From positions 1 through 64,000 of the forward strand of contig CAWHAZ010000007.1 in the NCBI GenBank assembly GCA_963827475.1: 64,000 nt of DNA, written 5' to 3'. The translations under genes were made by a program, and so were the position numbers. Under the pieces are notes generated by a model, which ran no database searches, was not told where the DNA came from, and was given only the letters and a program-made list of their open reading frames with translations. Position 1 is the first letter of the stretch; each line of letters begins with the position of its first letter. This DNA comes from an uncultured Chloroflexia bacterium. GTDB taxonomy: Bacteria; Chloroflexota; Limnocylindria; QHBO01. Shown here one piece after another: positions 1 through 12,927 of this stretch.

Positions 1-92
1 GGGCCGACCGGGTGCTGTCAACGCGATCGGTCGGATGGCCGGAGCCGCCGATTCCCGATGTCGCGTTCATGCCGGGATATCATCCGCGCTTG

Positions 93-1375
93 ATGACGGA
101 GATCGCGATCAGCGCCGAGGGGCTCGGAAAGCGCTACTACCTGGGCCAGCACGAATCCTACGGACGCCGCCTCACCGAGGTGCTCACGAACACGATTCGG
201 GCGCCCTTTCGACGATCGGGATCCCACGACACCGAGTTCTGGGCGCTGCGCGACGTCTCGTTCGAGGTCCCGGTCGGCGCCGCGCTCGGCGTGATCGGCC
301 GGAACGGCGCCGGCAAGTCCACCCTCCTGAAGATCCTCTCCCGGATCACCTGGCCCGACCGCGGGCAGCGCCACGCTGAACGGGCGGATCGGCTCGCTGC
401 TGGAGGTGGGAACGGGATTCCATCCCGGAGCTGAGCGGGACCGAGAACATCTTCCTCTCCGGGTCCGTGCTCGGCATGCGGCGGGCGGAGATCCAGCGCA
501 ACTTCGACGAGATCGTCGAGTTCTCCGGGATCGACACGATGTTCCTGGACACGCCCGTCAAGCGGTACTCGAGCGGGATGCAGGTGCGCCTCGGCTTCGC
601 GGTGGCCGCGCATCTCGAGCCCGAGATCCTGCTCGTCGACGAGGTCCTCGCCGTCGGCGACATGGAGTTCCAGAAGCGCTGCCTGGGCAAGATGAACGAG
701 GTGACGACCAGCGGCCGGACGATCCTGTTCGTCAGCCACCAGCTGCCGATGATCGCGTCCCTGTGCGACCACTGCCTGCTGTTCGACCATGGGCAGCTGC
801 TCGCCAGCGGCTCGACGTCGGACGTCATCCTGCAATACCGGGACGGCCTGGGGACCAATGCGGCGAGCGTCGATTACAGCGACAAGGAGCAGCGCCCCGG
901 AGACGGCGTCATCAGCCTCCTGTCCGCCTGGATCGAGAACAAGGCCGGCGAGCGGGTCTTCGAGCATTCCCTGATGGATCCGGTGCTGATTCGCGTGAAG
1001 TACCGGATCCACGATCGCCTCAACGTCACGCCGCAACCCAGCCTGCACGTGACCGACAGCGCAGGGAACACCGTCTTCGTCACCAGTCCCCACGACTGGG
1101 GCGACGAGCGGGCCCGGGATCCGGGTGACTACGTCGCCACGGTCGAGATTCCGGCGCACTTCCTCAATGACGGCATGTACTCGGTGAGTGTCTCGGTGAG
1201 CCACTTCGACCGTGGCGGGATCCAGGGAGCGTTCTTCGAGCAGGGCGCGCTGAGCTTCAACATCGTCGATCGCATCGAGGAAAACGAGTATCGGGCGGTG
1301 TCCCGCTGGGGCGGGCGGATCCCCGGGGCGGTCAGGCCATTGCTTCGATGGGAAGTCGAGGAAGCCGGCGAATGA
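93..1375 (+). CDS. wzt: Polysaccharide ABC exporter ATP-binding subunit with C-terminal Wzt_C-like domain (frameshifted near 360-435)
   Basis: FWALRDVSF, Walker [10 protein letters not shown], signature [11 protein letters not shown] and Walker [13 protein letters not shown], spread over ORFs 12..434 and 467..1375; long beta-rich C-terminal extension. Confidence 0.9.
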
Positions 1376-2146
1376 AGGCGGTCATCCTGGCCGGCGGGAT
1401 GGGCACCCGGATCTCGGAGGAGACCCACCTGCGACCCAAGCCGATGATCGAGATCGGCGGGCGAGCCGCTCCTGTGGCACATCATGAAGATCTACTCGGC
1501 CCACGGAATCAACGACTTCGTGATCTGCTGCGGCTACAAGGGCTACCTGATCAAGGAGTACTTCGCCAACTACTTCCTGCACACGTCGGACGTGACGTTC
1601 GACATGGCGCAGCAACCAGATGGACGTCCACGAGAAGCACGCCGAGCCGTGGCGGGTCACGCTGGTGGATACCGGCGACGACACGATGACCGGTGGGCGT
1701 CTGAAGCGCGTGGCCGACTACGTGTCAGGACGACGATGCCTTCTGCTTCACGTACGGCGACGGCGTGGCTGACGTCGACGTGACGGCGAGCATCGCCTTC
1801 CACCGGGACCATGGAAAGCTGGCGACGGTGACGGCCGTCGAGCCGCCCGGCCGATACGGCGCCCTGCAGCTCGACGGCAGCCGGGTCGCCGGCTTCACCG
1901 GAGAAGCCGCGGCGGCGAAGGCGGGCTGATCAACGGCGGGTTCTTCGTCCTCTCGCCCGGTGCCTCGATCGGATCGTGGGCGACGAGACCGCCTGGGAGG
2001 CGGAGCCGCTGACCGGGCTGGCCGCGAATGGCGAGCTGATGGCCTTCCCGCACCGCGGCTTCTGGCAGCCGATGGACACCCTCCGCGACAAGATGCTGCT
2101 CGAGAACCTCTGGGAATCCGACAGGGCACCGTGGAAGGTCTGGTAG
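1372..2146 (+). CDS. rfbF: Glucose-1-phosphate cytidylyltransferase (several frameshifts)
   Basis: [71 protein letters not shown]-stop. Confidence 0.92.
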
Positions 2147-3206
2147 GCCTCCGCGACCGCTCGGTACTGGTCACGGGACACACGGGCTTCAAGGGCGGCT
2201 GGCTGTCCCTCTGGCTCGCGTCGCTCGGAGCCCGGGTGCACGGGTATGCCCTCGAGCCCCCGACCCAGCCGAACGTGTTCGAATCGGCCCGGGTGGCGGA
2301 GGTCCTGGCGTCCGACACGCGGGCCGATCTCGCTGACCGGGCCGCGCTTTCGGCGACGCTGCTCGCGCCACCAGCCTGACCTCGTGCTCCACCTTGCCGC
2401 CCAGCCCCTCGTGAGCGAGGGGCTGCGGGACCCGCTCGGGACGCTGGCCACCAACGTCATCGGCACGGCGAACCTGCTCGAGGCCATTCGGGCGACCGAG
2501 TCCGTGCGGGCGGTGGTGGTCGTGGCGACCGACAAGGTCTACGAGAACCCGGAGACCGGGCAGCCTCTCGCCGAGCCCGATCCGCTGGGTGGGCATGACC
2601 CGTACAGCGCCAGCAAGGCCGCGGCCGAGCTCGTCGTCGCCAGCTTCCGCGCGAGCTACTTCGGAGATGGGCAGCACCACGCTCGGATCGCCAGTGCCCG
2701 CGCCGGCAACGTCATCGGGGGCGGGGACTGGGCCGCCGACCGGCTCGTGCCCGACTGCCTGCGGGCATTCGCCGCGGGTGAACCGGTTCGCCTCCGCGCG
2801 CCCGATGCGGTGCGACCCTGGCAGCACGTGCTGGGTCCGCTGGCGGGATACCTGGCCCTCGCCACCCGCCTGCTGGACGATGACGGCCCGCGATTTGCCC
2901 GCGCCTGGAACTTCGGCCCGGACGCCACGGATGACGCGACCGTCTTCGACGTCGCTTCACGGGTCGCAGCGCTGTGGGGTGACGACGCGCGCGTCGAACC
3001 GAGCCCGGACAGCACATGGCGGGAGGCCGGCCTGCTCCGACTCGACAGCACCCTGGCCCGGGATCAGCTCGGCTGGATGCCCGCGCTGGCCGCTCGATAC
3101 GGCGCTCGAGCAGACCGTCGCGTGGCACCGGGCATGGCAACGTGGAGAGGACATGCAGCAGGTCAGCTACGGCCAGATCGCGGATTACACCAGGGCGGCG
3201 TCGTGA
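2131..3206 (+). CDS. rfbG: CDP-glucose 4,6-dehydratase (frameshifted)
   Basis: VLVTGHTGFKGGWL, HLAAQPLV, TDKVYEN, DPYSASK, RAGNVIGGGDW, RPWQHVL, WNFGP. Confidence 0.92.
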
Positions 3207-3766
3207 GTGAACGATTCGGGATCTCGGACACGACGCTCCCCGGGGTGCGCATCCTCCAGCGCGAGCCACTCGAGGACGAACGCGGGTGGCTGGAGCGGAT
3301 GTATGGCGCCGACGACCTTGCCGAGGTGATCGGCTCGCGATCGCTGGCGCAGGTAAACCGCACGCTGACCCGGAGGAAGGGCACGGTCCGCGGTCTGCAC
3401 TTCCAGGTCCCGCCATCGGCCGAAACCAAGATCGTGAGCTGCCTGCGCGGATCCGTGTTCGACGTTGCGGTCGACGTGCGCCGAGGCTCGCCGACGCTGC
3501 TGCGGTGGCATGGCGAGGTCCTCAGCGCGGAGAACTCGCGCTCACTCGTCATCCCCGAGGGATTCGCCCACGGCGTCCAGACCCTGACCGATGACGTGGA
3601 GCTGCTGTACTTCCACACCGCCCTGTACGACTCGCCCAACGAGCGCGGCATCCACCCTCAGGATCCACTGGTGGGGATTGCGTGGCCCCTCCCCGTGGTG
3701 CAGTTGTCGGAGCGGGACACGTCCCACGCCAGGCTCACGCCGCAGTTCGACGGCATCGACCTATGA
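3203..3766 (+). CDS. rfbC: NDP-4-keto-6-deoxyhexose 3,5-epimerase (RmlC/RfbC cupin family)
   Basis: DERG, GTVRGLHFQ, ETKIVSCLRG, DVAVDVRRGSPT, IPEGFAHG, LSERD; GTG overlaps the rfbG stop. Confidence 0.88.
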   Translation: MSERFGISDTTLPGVRILQREPLEDERGWLERMYGADDLAEVIGSRSLAQVNRTLTRRKGTVRGLHFQVPPSAETKIVSCLRGSVFDVAVDVRRGSPTLLRWHGEVLSAENSRSLVIPEGFAHGVQTLTDDVELLYFHTALYDSPNERGIHPQDPLVGIAWPLPVVQLSERDTSHARLTPQFDGIDL

Positions 3767-4993
3767 ATTGCCGCCACTGCGCTGCGCCGGTCACCCTGCA
3801 GCTCGTCGACCTCGGCAGCGCGCCGCCATCAAACGCGTACCTGACGGAGGACGCCCTCCGCGGGCCAGAGACGTGGTGGCCGCTCCGCGTGCTCGTCTGC
3901 GAGCGCTGCTGGCTCGTCCAGACCGCGGACGTCCTGGAAGCCGATCGACCTGTTCAGCCCCGACTACGCGTACTTCAGCGGGTATTCGAGCAGCTGGCTC
4001 GCGCAATGCGAACGCTACGTCTCGGACATGGTCGAGCGGTTTGGCCTGGGACCCGACAGCCATGTCGTCGAGGTGGCGGCCAACGACGGCTACCTCCTGC
4101 AATACGTCCGGGCGCTCGGCATTCCCTGCACCGGCATCGAGCCCACCGCCAGCGCTGCCGCGGCGGCCCGCGAACGCGGAGTACCGATCATCGAGGCATT
4201 CTTCGGAACCGCGCTGGCGGAGGAGATGGTGCGCAACGGCCAGCAGGCCGACCTGATGCCCGCGAACAACGTCCTGGCCCACGTCCCGGACATCAATGAC
4301 TTCGCTCGCGGCTTCACCCTGCTTCTCAAGCCGCAGGGCGTGGCGACGTTCGAGTTCCATCACGTGAAGCGCCTGATCGACGGCGCGCAGTTCGATGCCA
4401 TCTACCACGAGCACTTCTCGTACCTGTCGCTCACCGCCGCGACGCGCATCCTCGCGGAAGCCGGCCTGGACGTGTTCGACGTGGAGGAGCTGCCCACCCA
4501 CGGCGGCAGCCTCCGGATCTACGCGCAGCGGAGTGACGGCGGGAGCCACCCACGGACGCCGAGGGTCGACGCACTGCTGGCGACCGAAGCCGACGCCGGC
4601 CTTCTGGGTGCGGCGTACTACGCCGGATTCCAGGACCGGATCCTCCAGATCAAGCACGACTTCGTGGCGTTCCTCTTGACGGCGCGGTCAGAGGGACGCG
4701 CGGTCGCCGGCTACGGGGCCGCGGCGAAGGGCAACACCATGCTCAACTTCGGTGGCGTCCGCCGCGACCTGCTGTCGTTCGTCGTCGACGCCAACCCCGC
4801 CAAGCAGGGCAAATACCTGCCCGGCAGCCGCATCCCGATCGTCGAGGTTTCTCAGCTCCGCGACGCGCGGCCCGAGTTCATCGTGATCCTCCCGTGGAAC
4901 CTCCGCGACGAGGTCATGCGCGAGCACGCCTACGTTCGCGAGTGGGGAGGGCAGTTCGTGACCGCGGTGCCCCAGCTCACCATCCACCCGTGA
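3763..4993 (+). CDS. SAM-dependent NDP-sugar C-methyltransferase (C3-methyltransferase family; frameshift ~3945)
   Basis: Zn motifs CRHC and CERC, EVAANDG, ANNVLAHVPD, IYHEHFSY, THGGSLR, YGAAAKGNT, KQGKYLPG, ILPWN. Confidence 0.88.
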
Positions 4994-5836
4994 AGGTGGC
5001 CGTTACCGGGGCAACGGGTTTCGTCGGTCGGCACGTCGTCGCAGCGCTCCAGCAGCGCGGTGCGCCAATGCACCTTGGCGCTCCGCCCCGGGTCCGTGGT
5101 TCCACCAGGCGTGTCCGATGAGCGGGTGGTCCGCATGGACCTGGCCAACCCGCCGGATGATGCCTACCAGCGGTTGGGCCGGCCCGATGTGCTCATGCAC
5201 CTGGCCTGGGGTGGGCTGCCGAACTACGGAGCGACCCATCACCTCGAACAGGAGCTCCCGGCGCAGGCCTCGTTCCTGGAGTCGCTCCTCCGGCAGGGAC
5301 TGGGCAGCTTGACCGTGACCGGGACCTGCCTCGAGTACGGGATGCAGTCCGGCGCGCTCCGCGAAGACCTGGCCACCGAGCCGGTCACCGCGTACGGCAA
5401 GGCAAAGGACGAGCTGCGGAAGCACCTCGAGAAGCTGCACCGGGCGGCCCCGTTCAGGTTCACGTGGGCGCGCCTGTTCTACCTTCATGGGGAAGGGCAG
5501 GCTCCCGGGGCCCTGGTCCCGGCGCTCGAGAGCGCAATCGCCGCGGGCGCGGAGTCGTTCGACATGTCCGGCGGGGAGCAGCTGCGGGACTATCTGCCGG
5601 TCGAGGAAGCTGCGGGTTATCTCGTTGCGCTCGCCACGAACGAGAGGGACAACGGCATCGTGAACGTGTGCTCGGGCCAGACGATTTCCATCCGGGCGCT
5701 GGCGCAGCGCGTCGTGGCCAAGCACGGCGCATCGATCACCTTGAACCTGGGGCACTATCCATATCCGGACTACGAGCCGATGGCGTTCTGGGGTGATCGC
5801 CGAAAGCTCGATCAGACGCTGGGGCTGGACGCATGA
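4990..5836 (+). CDS. NAD-dependent epimerase/4-ketoreductase (extended SDR; frameshift ~5065)
   Basis: VTGATGFVG, HLAW, GTCLEYG, YGKAK, RDYLPV. Confidence 0.85.
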
Positions 5837-6573
5837 GCTCGTTCGACGAGGAAGTACGGGAGCGCATCGCCGCCAACGGGCGCAACGAGGCTCTCCGCGA
5901 GGCGGCGGCCGCGTTCATGCGCGAGTCCACTCGCCCGCAGTACTCCTACAACTTCTCCTGGCTGGGCCGACCGATCATCCAGTACCCGCAGGACATCGTG
6001 GCGATGCAGGAACTGGTCTGGGAGGTCCAGCCGGAGCTCATCATCGAAGCCGGAATTGCCCACGGCGGCTCGCTCATCCTGTGGGCTTCGCTGCTGGAGC
6101 TGAACGCCGCCTGCGGCGGGCCGCCGGATGCACAGGTCATCGGTATCGACATCGAGATCCGTGCCCACAACCGCGCGGCGATCGAGGCGCACCCGCTGTC
6201 GCGCCGGATCACGATGATCGAGGGATCGAGCATCGACGCGGGAATCATCCAGCGGGTTCGTGACGCGGCCGCCGGGAGCCAGCGAACCATGGTCTGCCTC
6301 GACAGCAACCACACCCATGACCACGTCCTGGCCGAGCTCGAGGCATATGCGCCGCTGACGTCGGTCGGCAGCTATTGCGTGGTGTTCGACACCATCATCG
6401 AGGACCTGCCGGAAGACACGTACGCCGATCGCCCGTGGGGCCCGGGCGACAACCCAAAGACCGCCGTTCGCTCGTTCCTGCAGACCCACCCGGAGTTCGA
6501 GGTGGATCGGCAGATCGACCACAAGCTCTTGATCAGCGTGTCCCCGGGTGGCTACCTGAAACGCGTGCGGTGA
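5833..6573 (+). CDS. CmcI (cephalosporin hydroxylase-like)/sugar O-methyltransferase family protein
   Basis: YSYNFSWLGRPIIQYPQD, IIEAGIAHGGS, LDSNHTHDHVLAEL, NPKTAV, PGGYLKR. Confidence 0.85.
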   Translation: MSSFDEEVRERIAANGRNEALREAAAAFMRESTRPQYSYNFSWLGRPIIQYPQDIVAMQELVWEVQPELIIEAGIAHGGSLILWASLLELNAACGGPPDAQVIGIDIEIRAHNRAAIEAHPLSRRITMIEGSSIDAGIIQRVRDAAAGSQRTMVCLDSNHTHDHVLAELEAYAPLTSVGSYCVVFDTIIEDLPEDTYADRPWGPGDNPKTAVRSFLQTHPEFEVDRQIDHKLLISVSPGGYLKRVR

Positions 6574-7797
6574 CGGCCCGCTTCTCCTTCGTCTATCCGA
6601 CGAGGCACCGTCCGGAGTTCATCCGCCAGGCGCTTGCGGGTCCTCGAGCTGAGTGCGGACGACGACGTCCAGGTGGTCGTCTGCGACAACTACGTTGACC
6701 CCGCGCTCGGATGTGAATCGGTCTGTCGCGAGTCCGGGCTCGCCAACCTCGTCTACGTCCGCCCCCCGCGTCCGCTGGGCATGATCGAGAACTGGCGCCA
6801 TGCGCTCGGGTTCGCCACTGGCGAGTACATCTCATTCCTGACCGACAAGATGTTCGTCCTGCCCGATGCCGTTGAACGGATTGGGCGAGCCATCGATGCG
6901 GCTGGGGGCCCCGAGATCGTCAGCTGGCTGAGCGACGCGTGGCATCCGGAGACCTATGCGGATTACTTCGGCAATGGTCGCTACTGGAGTATTCCGTCCC
7001 AGCCGAGCCCGGCGCCGTACGAGTCCTACTCACCCATGGAGGAGCTCAACCGTCGCGGTCGAGCGGAGGTCTCCCGCACCGAGGACAGCTCGGCCGACTA
7101 TGCCCGTGGCAAGCTGGCGTTCGGCGCGTACCGGCGCGAGCTGGTGCAGCGGATCGAGGAACGCTTCGGGCTGTTCCACAACATCAGTCCCGACTACACC
7201 TCGATGGTGCTGGGGCTGTCCCAGGCGCGAGACGCGATCGAGCTGCCAGGCAGCTGCGTGGTCAGCGTCAACACCGACATCTCCAACGGCCGGCTGGTCG
7301 ACACCGACGACGCCTTTGCGCTCGAGTTCCTGAACTCGCTCGAGGGTGGCGCCGAGGCGATCCTGCCGAACCTGTTGGTGCCCGGGCTCTACTCGTCCCT
7401 CCACAACCTGGTCGCCCACGACTACCTCAGTCTGATGAGGGCGTGGGACCTGTCGTTCGAGTTCGACGCGGTGAATTGGCTCACGTATTGCGTCGAGGAC
7501 ATCCACCGTTCCGAGCGGCGCTGGTCATCGGCGCAGGCGGAGACGGAGCAGAAGGAGATCCTTCGAACCCATCTGGCGTCGCTGGATCCCGTCCTCTCGG
7601 ACGCGGTCCGTGCCCGCGTCGCCTCGCGTGCCGCGGCGCGACAGGCGCGCCCGCCGCGACATGTTCCGTTTCAGCGCACCTGGCAGCGCCTCACCGGCAC
7701 CCAGCCGCCTCCCCCGGACACGTCCGGGGACCCGGTGCATTTCGCGGCGCCCTCGATCCTCGCCGCGGTCGAACAGGTCACCGCCGCCCGGAGCTGA
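6570..7797 (+). CDS. Glycosyltransferase family 2-like protein (frameshift ~6635)
   Basis: FSFVYPTRHR, VVVCDN, GMIENW, GEYISFLTD; last gene of the glycan operon. Confidence 0.7.
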
Positions 7798-7844
7798 CTC
7801 GTCGGGCGGCGGCGGATCCAGGAAGCTGGGTCAGGTCCCGTTTG

Positions 7845-8248
7845 TCAGGCCTGCGGCTCGCTCCCCATGCCGAAGGCTGCCTTCACCTCATCGGTGTTCA
7901 GGTACCACAGGATCAGCGCCGGCATCAGAGCCTGCACCAAACCGGCTCCCGATCCGGCATAGGCCACCATCAGGAAGAAGGCGTTGACCAGCGCGAAGAC
8001 CGCGATGATCGCGGCAAACATCCAGGCCCACGGCTGCAGAGCCCACAGGCCAAGGCCGGCCAGGATCCAGGCCACGCCGACGACCAGGGACACGATGCCC
8101 CAGATGCCGACGTTGTCGTAGGCGGGCAGGTCGCCCAGGAACGAGCCGAACTCGACCCCAGGCCGCGAAGACCGACCACGATCCACACGAAGCCGGCGGC
8201 CACGGCGAAGAAGCCGAGGACCGATATCAGAATGGGGGGACCTCTCAT
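7845..8248 (-). CDS. Small multi-pass membrane protein (frameshift ~8165)
   Basis: Hydrophobic helices across ORFs 7970..8248 and 7845..8297; ends ILWYLNTDEVKAAFG. Confidence 0.6.
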
Positions 8249-8373
8249 GTACGCACCTCAAACCACGCGGTATGCATTGCCTGACGGATGGCAGCACCGC
8301 CGTACCGGCAGAATACGGCGGGGCGCGACCCGAGGGCGACCATTCGCGCCACTCCCCCGGTACCGCCCATTGG

Positions 8374-8429
8374 TTGACCGACCGATGGGATCGGAGGATG
8401 ATGGTCCCAACACCGACTGAAAAAGTCGG
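8374..8429 (+). promoter_or_regulatory. suf promoter with IscR type-1-like palindromic operator
   Basis: TTGACC at 8374 and GATGAT 17 nt later; perfect palindrome CCGACT-gaaaa-AGTCGG at 8413-8429; imperfect copy CCGACC-gatgg-GATCGG at 8378-8394. Confidence 0.65.
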
Positions 8430-8454
8430 ATTAGGCTGACAAACTGGAGATCAA

Positions 8455-9876
<1,422 letters not shown>

Positions 9877-9880
9877 ACCG

Positions 9881-11146
9881 ATGACCTCCGGCACCCAAAC
9901 CTCCACGCCGATCCGGGTGAGCCCCGGCAGCCTGACGACCGATGTCCTGGCGGCGCTGTCGGCCGCCCGCGGCGAGCCGGACTGGCTGCGGGACGTCCGC
10001 CTGGCGCACGGCGCGCTCTACGACGAAACGCCGTGGCCGACCGGCTCCGAGGAGGAGTGGCGCCGGACCTCGCTGAAGGACCTGCCGGTCGAGGCCGCGC
10101 TCGACGAGACGGTCACGACCGAGGTCTCCGACCTGGATCCGGCCTCCGACGAGGCGGGCGTCGTGTTCGCCCCGCTGGGAGAGGCCGCGGAATCCCATCC
10201 CGACCTCGTCCGGCCTCTGCTCATCGATCCCGCGCCAGGGTCCGCCACACACGCGACGTTCTGGCACCTGGCCAAGGCCGCCTGGACGACCGGCACGTTC
10301 CTCTACGTCCCGCCGCGGACGAAAGTGGATCTCGTGCTCCGGGCCCGGACGGCCGCGGGGCAGGCGGACGGCGCCACGTTCCCCGTCACGCTGGTCGTCG
10401 CCGGGGAGGACTCCGAAGTCACGCTGCTGGAGGAGTTCAGCTCTCCCGACGGCGCCGCGAGCTGGTTCGGTGGCATCGTGGACATCCGCGCCGAGCGCGG
10501 CGCTCGGCTCCGGTACGCCAGCCTCCAGCTTCTCGGCGACCAGGCGTGGCGCGTGTCCGCGCAGCGGGTCGTGGTCGGCCAGGACGCCATCGTCACCACC
10601 CTGAACGCGGAGATCGGCTCCCGGATCACCAAGCTCGGGCTGGATGTCCAAATGGCCGGCCCCGGCGGCACGAGCAGGCTGTTGGGCTTGCTGGCGGCGG
10701 GCGACGAGCAGCGGATCGACATCAACTCGGTCCAGGACCTGATGGCATCCCATACGACCTCGGACCTGCTGTACCTGTCCGCCCTGTACGAGAAATCCCG
10801 CGCGGCGTTCTACGGCCTGACCCGGGTCCGGCCCGAGGCCAAGCAGACCAGCTCGTACCAGGAATGCCGCAACCTGCTCCTGTCGCCGGAGGCGGGCGCC
10901 GAACCGATCCCCGTCCTCGAGATCGAGACCAACGACATCCTGCGCTGCGGCCATGGGGCGACCGCCGGCGCCATCGACCCGACCCAGATGTTCTACGCCC
11001 AGACTCGTGGCCTGACCGCCGACGATGCGGAGCGGATGATCGTCCGCGGCTTCTTCGAGCGGGCCGTGGCCGACATCGGCTCGGAGCCCATCCGAGCCCG
11101 AGTCCTGGCGGCGCTCGCCACTCGCATCGGCCAGGAGGCGGCGTGA
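9881..11146 (+). CDS. sufD: Fe-S cluster assembly protein SufD
   Basis: EEWRRT, TTSDLLY, RNLLLS, PVLEIETNDILRCGHGAT, RMIVRGFF. Confidence 0.93.
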   Translation: MTSGTQTSTPIRVSPGSLTTDVLAALSAARGEPDWLRDVRLAHGALYDETPWPTGSEEEWRRTSLKDLPVEAALDETVTTEVSDLDPASDEAGVVFAPLGEAAESHPDLVRPLLIDPAPGSATHATFWHLAKAAWTTGTFLYVPPRTKVDLVLRARTAAGQADGATFPVTLVVAGEDSEVTLLEEFSSPDGAASWFGGIVDIRAERGARLRYASLQLLGDQAWRVSAQRVVVGQDAIVTTLNAEIGSRITKLGLDVQMAGPGGTSRLLGLLAAGDEQRIDINSVQDLMASHTTSDLLYLSALYEKSRAAFYGLTRVRPEAKQTSSYQECRNLLLSPEAGAEPIPVLEIETNDILRCGHGATAGAIDPTQMFYAQTRGLTADDAERMIVRGFFERAVADIGSEPIRARVLAALATRIGQEAA

Positions 11147-11512
11147 GCGAGCCGGCTGAAGTGCTGACCGATGCCCACGCCGATGCCGGCGTCAGTCGCC
11201 GGGGCTTCGCGACGGGCCTGACGGCGAGCGACGTGGAGCCGGGGACGGTGGTCACGGTCACGGTCCAGGGCACGCCGCTGTGCGTCGGGCCGGACGGTGG
11301 ACGACCGCTGGGGCGCGATCGACGACGTGTGCACCCACGACGAGGGCGACCTCGGCGACGGGGAGCTGGACGGCACCGCGGTCGAGTGCCCGCGGCACGG
11401 AGGCCGGTTCGACCTGTTCACCGGCCGCGTCCTCGCCCTGCCGCCGGTCGTCCCGGTCCGGGCGTACCCTGTGCACGTGGAGGACGACGTGGTCATGGTG
11501 GACCTCCCATGA
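11143..11512 (+). CDS. Rieske-type [2Fe-2S] ferredoxin (frameshift ~11285)
   Basis: CTH and ECPRHGGRF motifs. Confidence 0.85.
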
Positions 11513-11522
11513 GCGTGCAGCG

Positions 11523-12059
11523 ATGAAGATCAGCACCAGGTCCGAGTACGGCATCCGCGTTCTCCTTGCCCTCGCGCGGGCGGAGGACCAGGAGCCGCTG
11601 TCCCTGACCACGATCGCCCGCAGCGAGCGCCTGCCGCACGCCTACCTGGAGCAGCTCGTCGCCGACCTCCGTCGCGCGGGCCTCGTCACCGCGACGCGGG
11701 GACAGGCCGGCGGCTATCGGCTCGCACGAGCGCCCGAGCAGATCAGCCTGGCCACCGCCATTCGGACGCTCGATGGCCCGTTGCTGGAGATGCCATGCGC
11801 CGGGGTCGAGAGCGCGGAGCGCTGCGACCGTCGCGAGCCATGCTCGGTCCACGAGGCGTACGAGCGCCTGTTCGCCTCCATTGATTCCACCCTGGGCACG
11901 ACGACCCTCGCCGAGCTGGCCGAGCAGGCCGCGAACGCCGGCGGGCCGCCCTACTCCCCGGACGTCCGGCGCCGCATTCGCGCCGCGGCCGAGGCGACGG
12001 CCACCGCCCAGGCCACCCAGGCCAGTGCCCAGTCCCAGACCGTGAACGGAGCCTCATGA
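11523..12059 (+). CDS. Rrf2-family regulator, IscR-like
   Basis: MKISTRSEYGIR, YLEQL, RGQAGGYRL, C-x8-C-x5-C-x2-H cluster ligands. Confidence 0.9.
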   Translation: MKISTRSEYGIRVLLALARAEDQEPLSLTTIARSERLPHAYLEQLVADLRRAGLVTATRGQAGGYRLARAPEQISLATAIRTLDGPLLEMPCAGVESAERCDRREPCSVHEAYERLFASIDSTLGTTTLAELAEQAANAGGPPYSPDVRRRIRAAAEATATAQATQASAQSQTVNGAS

Positions 12060-12908
12060 CCGACCAACTCGTCATCAAGGACCTCGAAGTCAGCGCCGGG
12101 GATCGCAAGATCCTCAAGGGCCTGTCGCTGACCGTCGCCCAGGGCGAGGTCCATGCCCTGATGGGCCCCAACGGCTCGGGCAAGACGTCCCTCGCCTACG
12201 CCCTGCTGGGCCATCCCCGAGTACCGGGTCACGGCCGGCGACATCAGCTGGCAGGGCGAGAGCATCGTCAAGCTCTCCCCGGACAAGCGGGCACGGGCCG
12301 GGCTGTTCCTCGCGTTCCAGTACCCGAGCGCCATCCCCGGCGTGACGGTCGCCAGCTTCCTGCGCAACATCTACAACGCCGTCCATCACCCGGCCCAGCC
12401 CTCGGCCGAGGACAACGGCTCCGCCATGCCGAAGTACACCGGCATCCCGCTCGCCAAGTTCCGCAAGATGCTCGAGGAGAAGATGGCGCTCCTGAAGATG
12501 GATCCTGCGTTCGCGACCCGATACGTGAACGACGGGTTCTCCGGCGGCGAGAAGAAGCGCCTCGAGATGCTCCAGCTCGCCATCCAGTCCCCGAAGATGG
12601 CGATCCTCGACGAGACCGACTCCGGGCTGGACATCGACGCCCTGCGGAACGTTGCCGACGGGATCAACGCCACCCTCTCGCCGGAGATGGGAGTGCTGAT
12701 GATCACCCACTACCAGCGGATGCTGAACTACGTGAAGCCCGACCAGGTCCACGTCCTCCTCGACGGGCGGGTCGTGATGTCCGGCGGCGAGGAGCTCAGC
12801 CATCAGCTCGAGGCCAACGGCTACGACTGGGTCCGCGAGCAGGTCGGCCTGCCGGCCGGGACCGGCGACGAGGCCGTCGAGCAGCCCGCCGAGGCGGCAG
12901 CGCACTAG
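12056..12908 (+). CDS. sufC: Fe-S assembly ATPase SufC (frameshift ~12215)
   Basis: HALMGPNGSGKT, FSGGEKKR, ILDETDSGLDIDA, ITHYQR. Confidence 0.95.
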
Positions 12909-12927
12909 GCACGCAGGAGGCAGACCG

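Noticed and set aside
2246-3766. Apparent RfbG-RfbC fusion; the Tag-ThrB fusion at 56478..58076 is similar
   Set aside because: Each upstream gene's natural C-terminus and stop lie in another frame.
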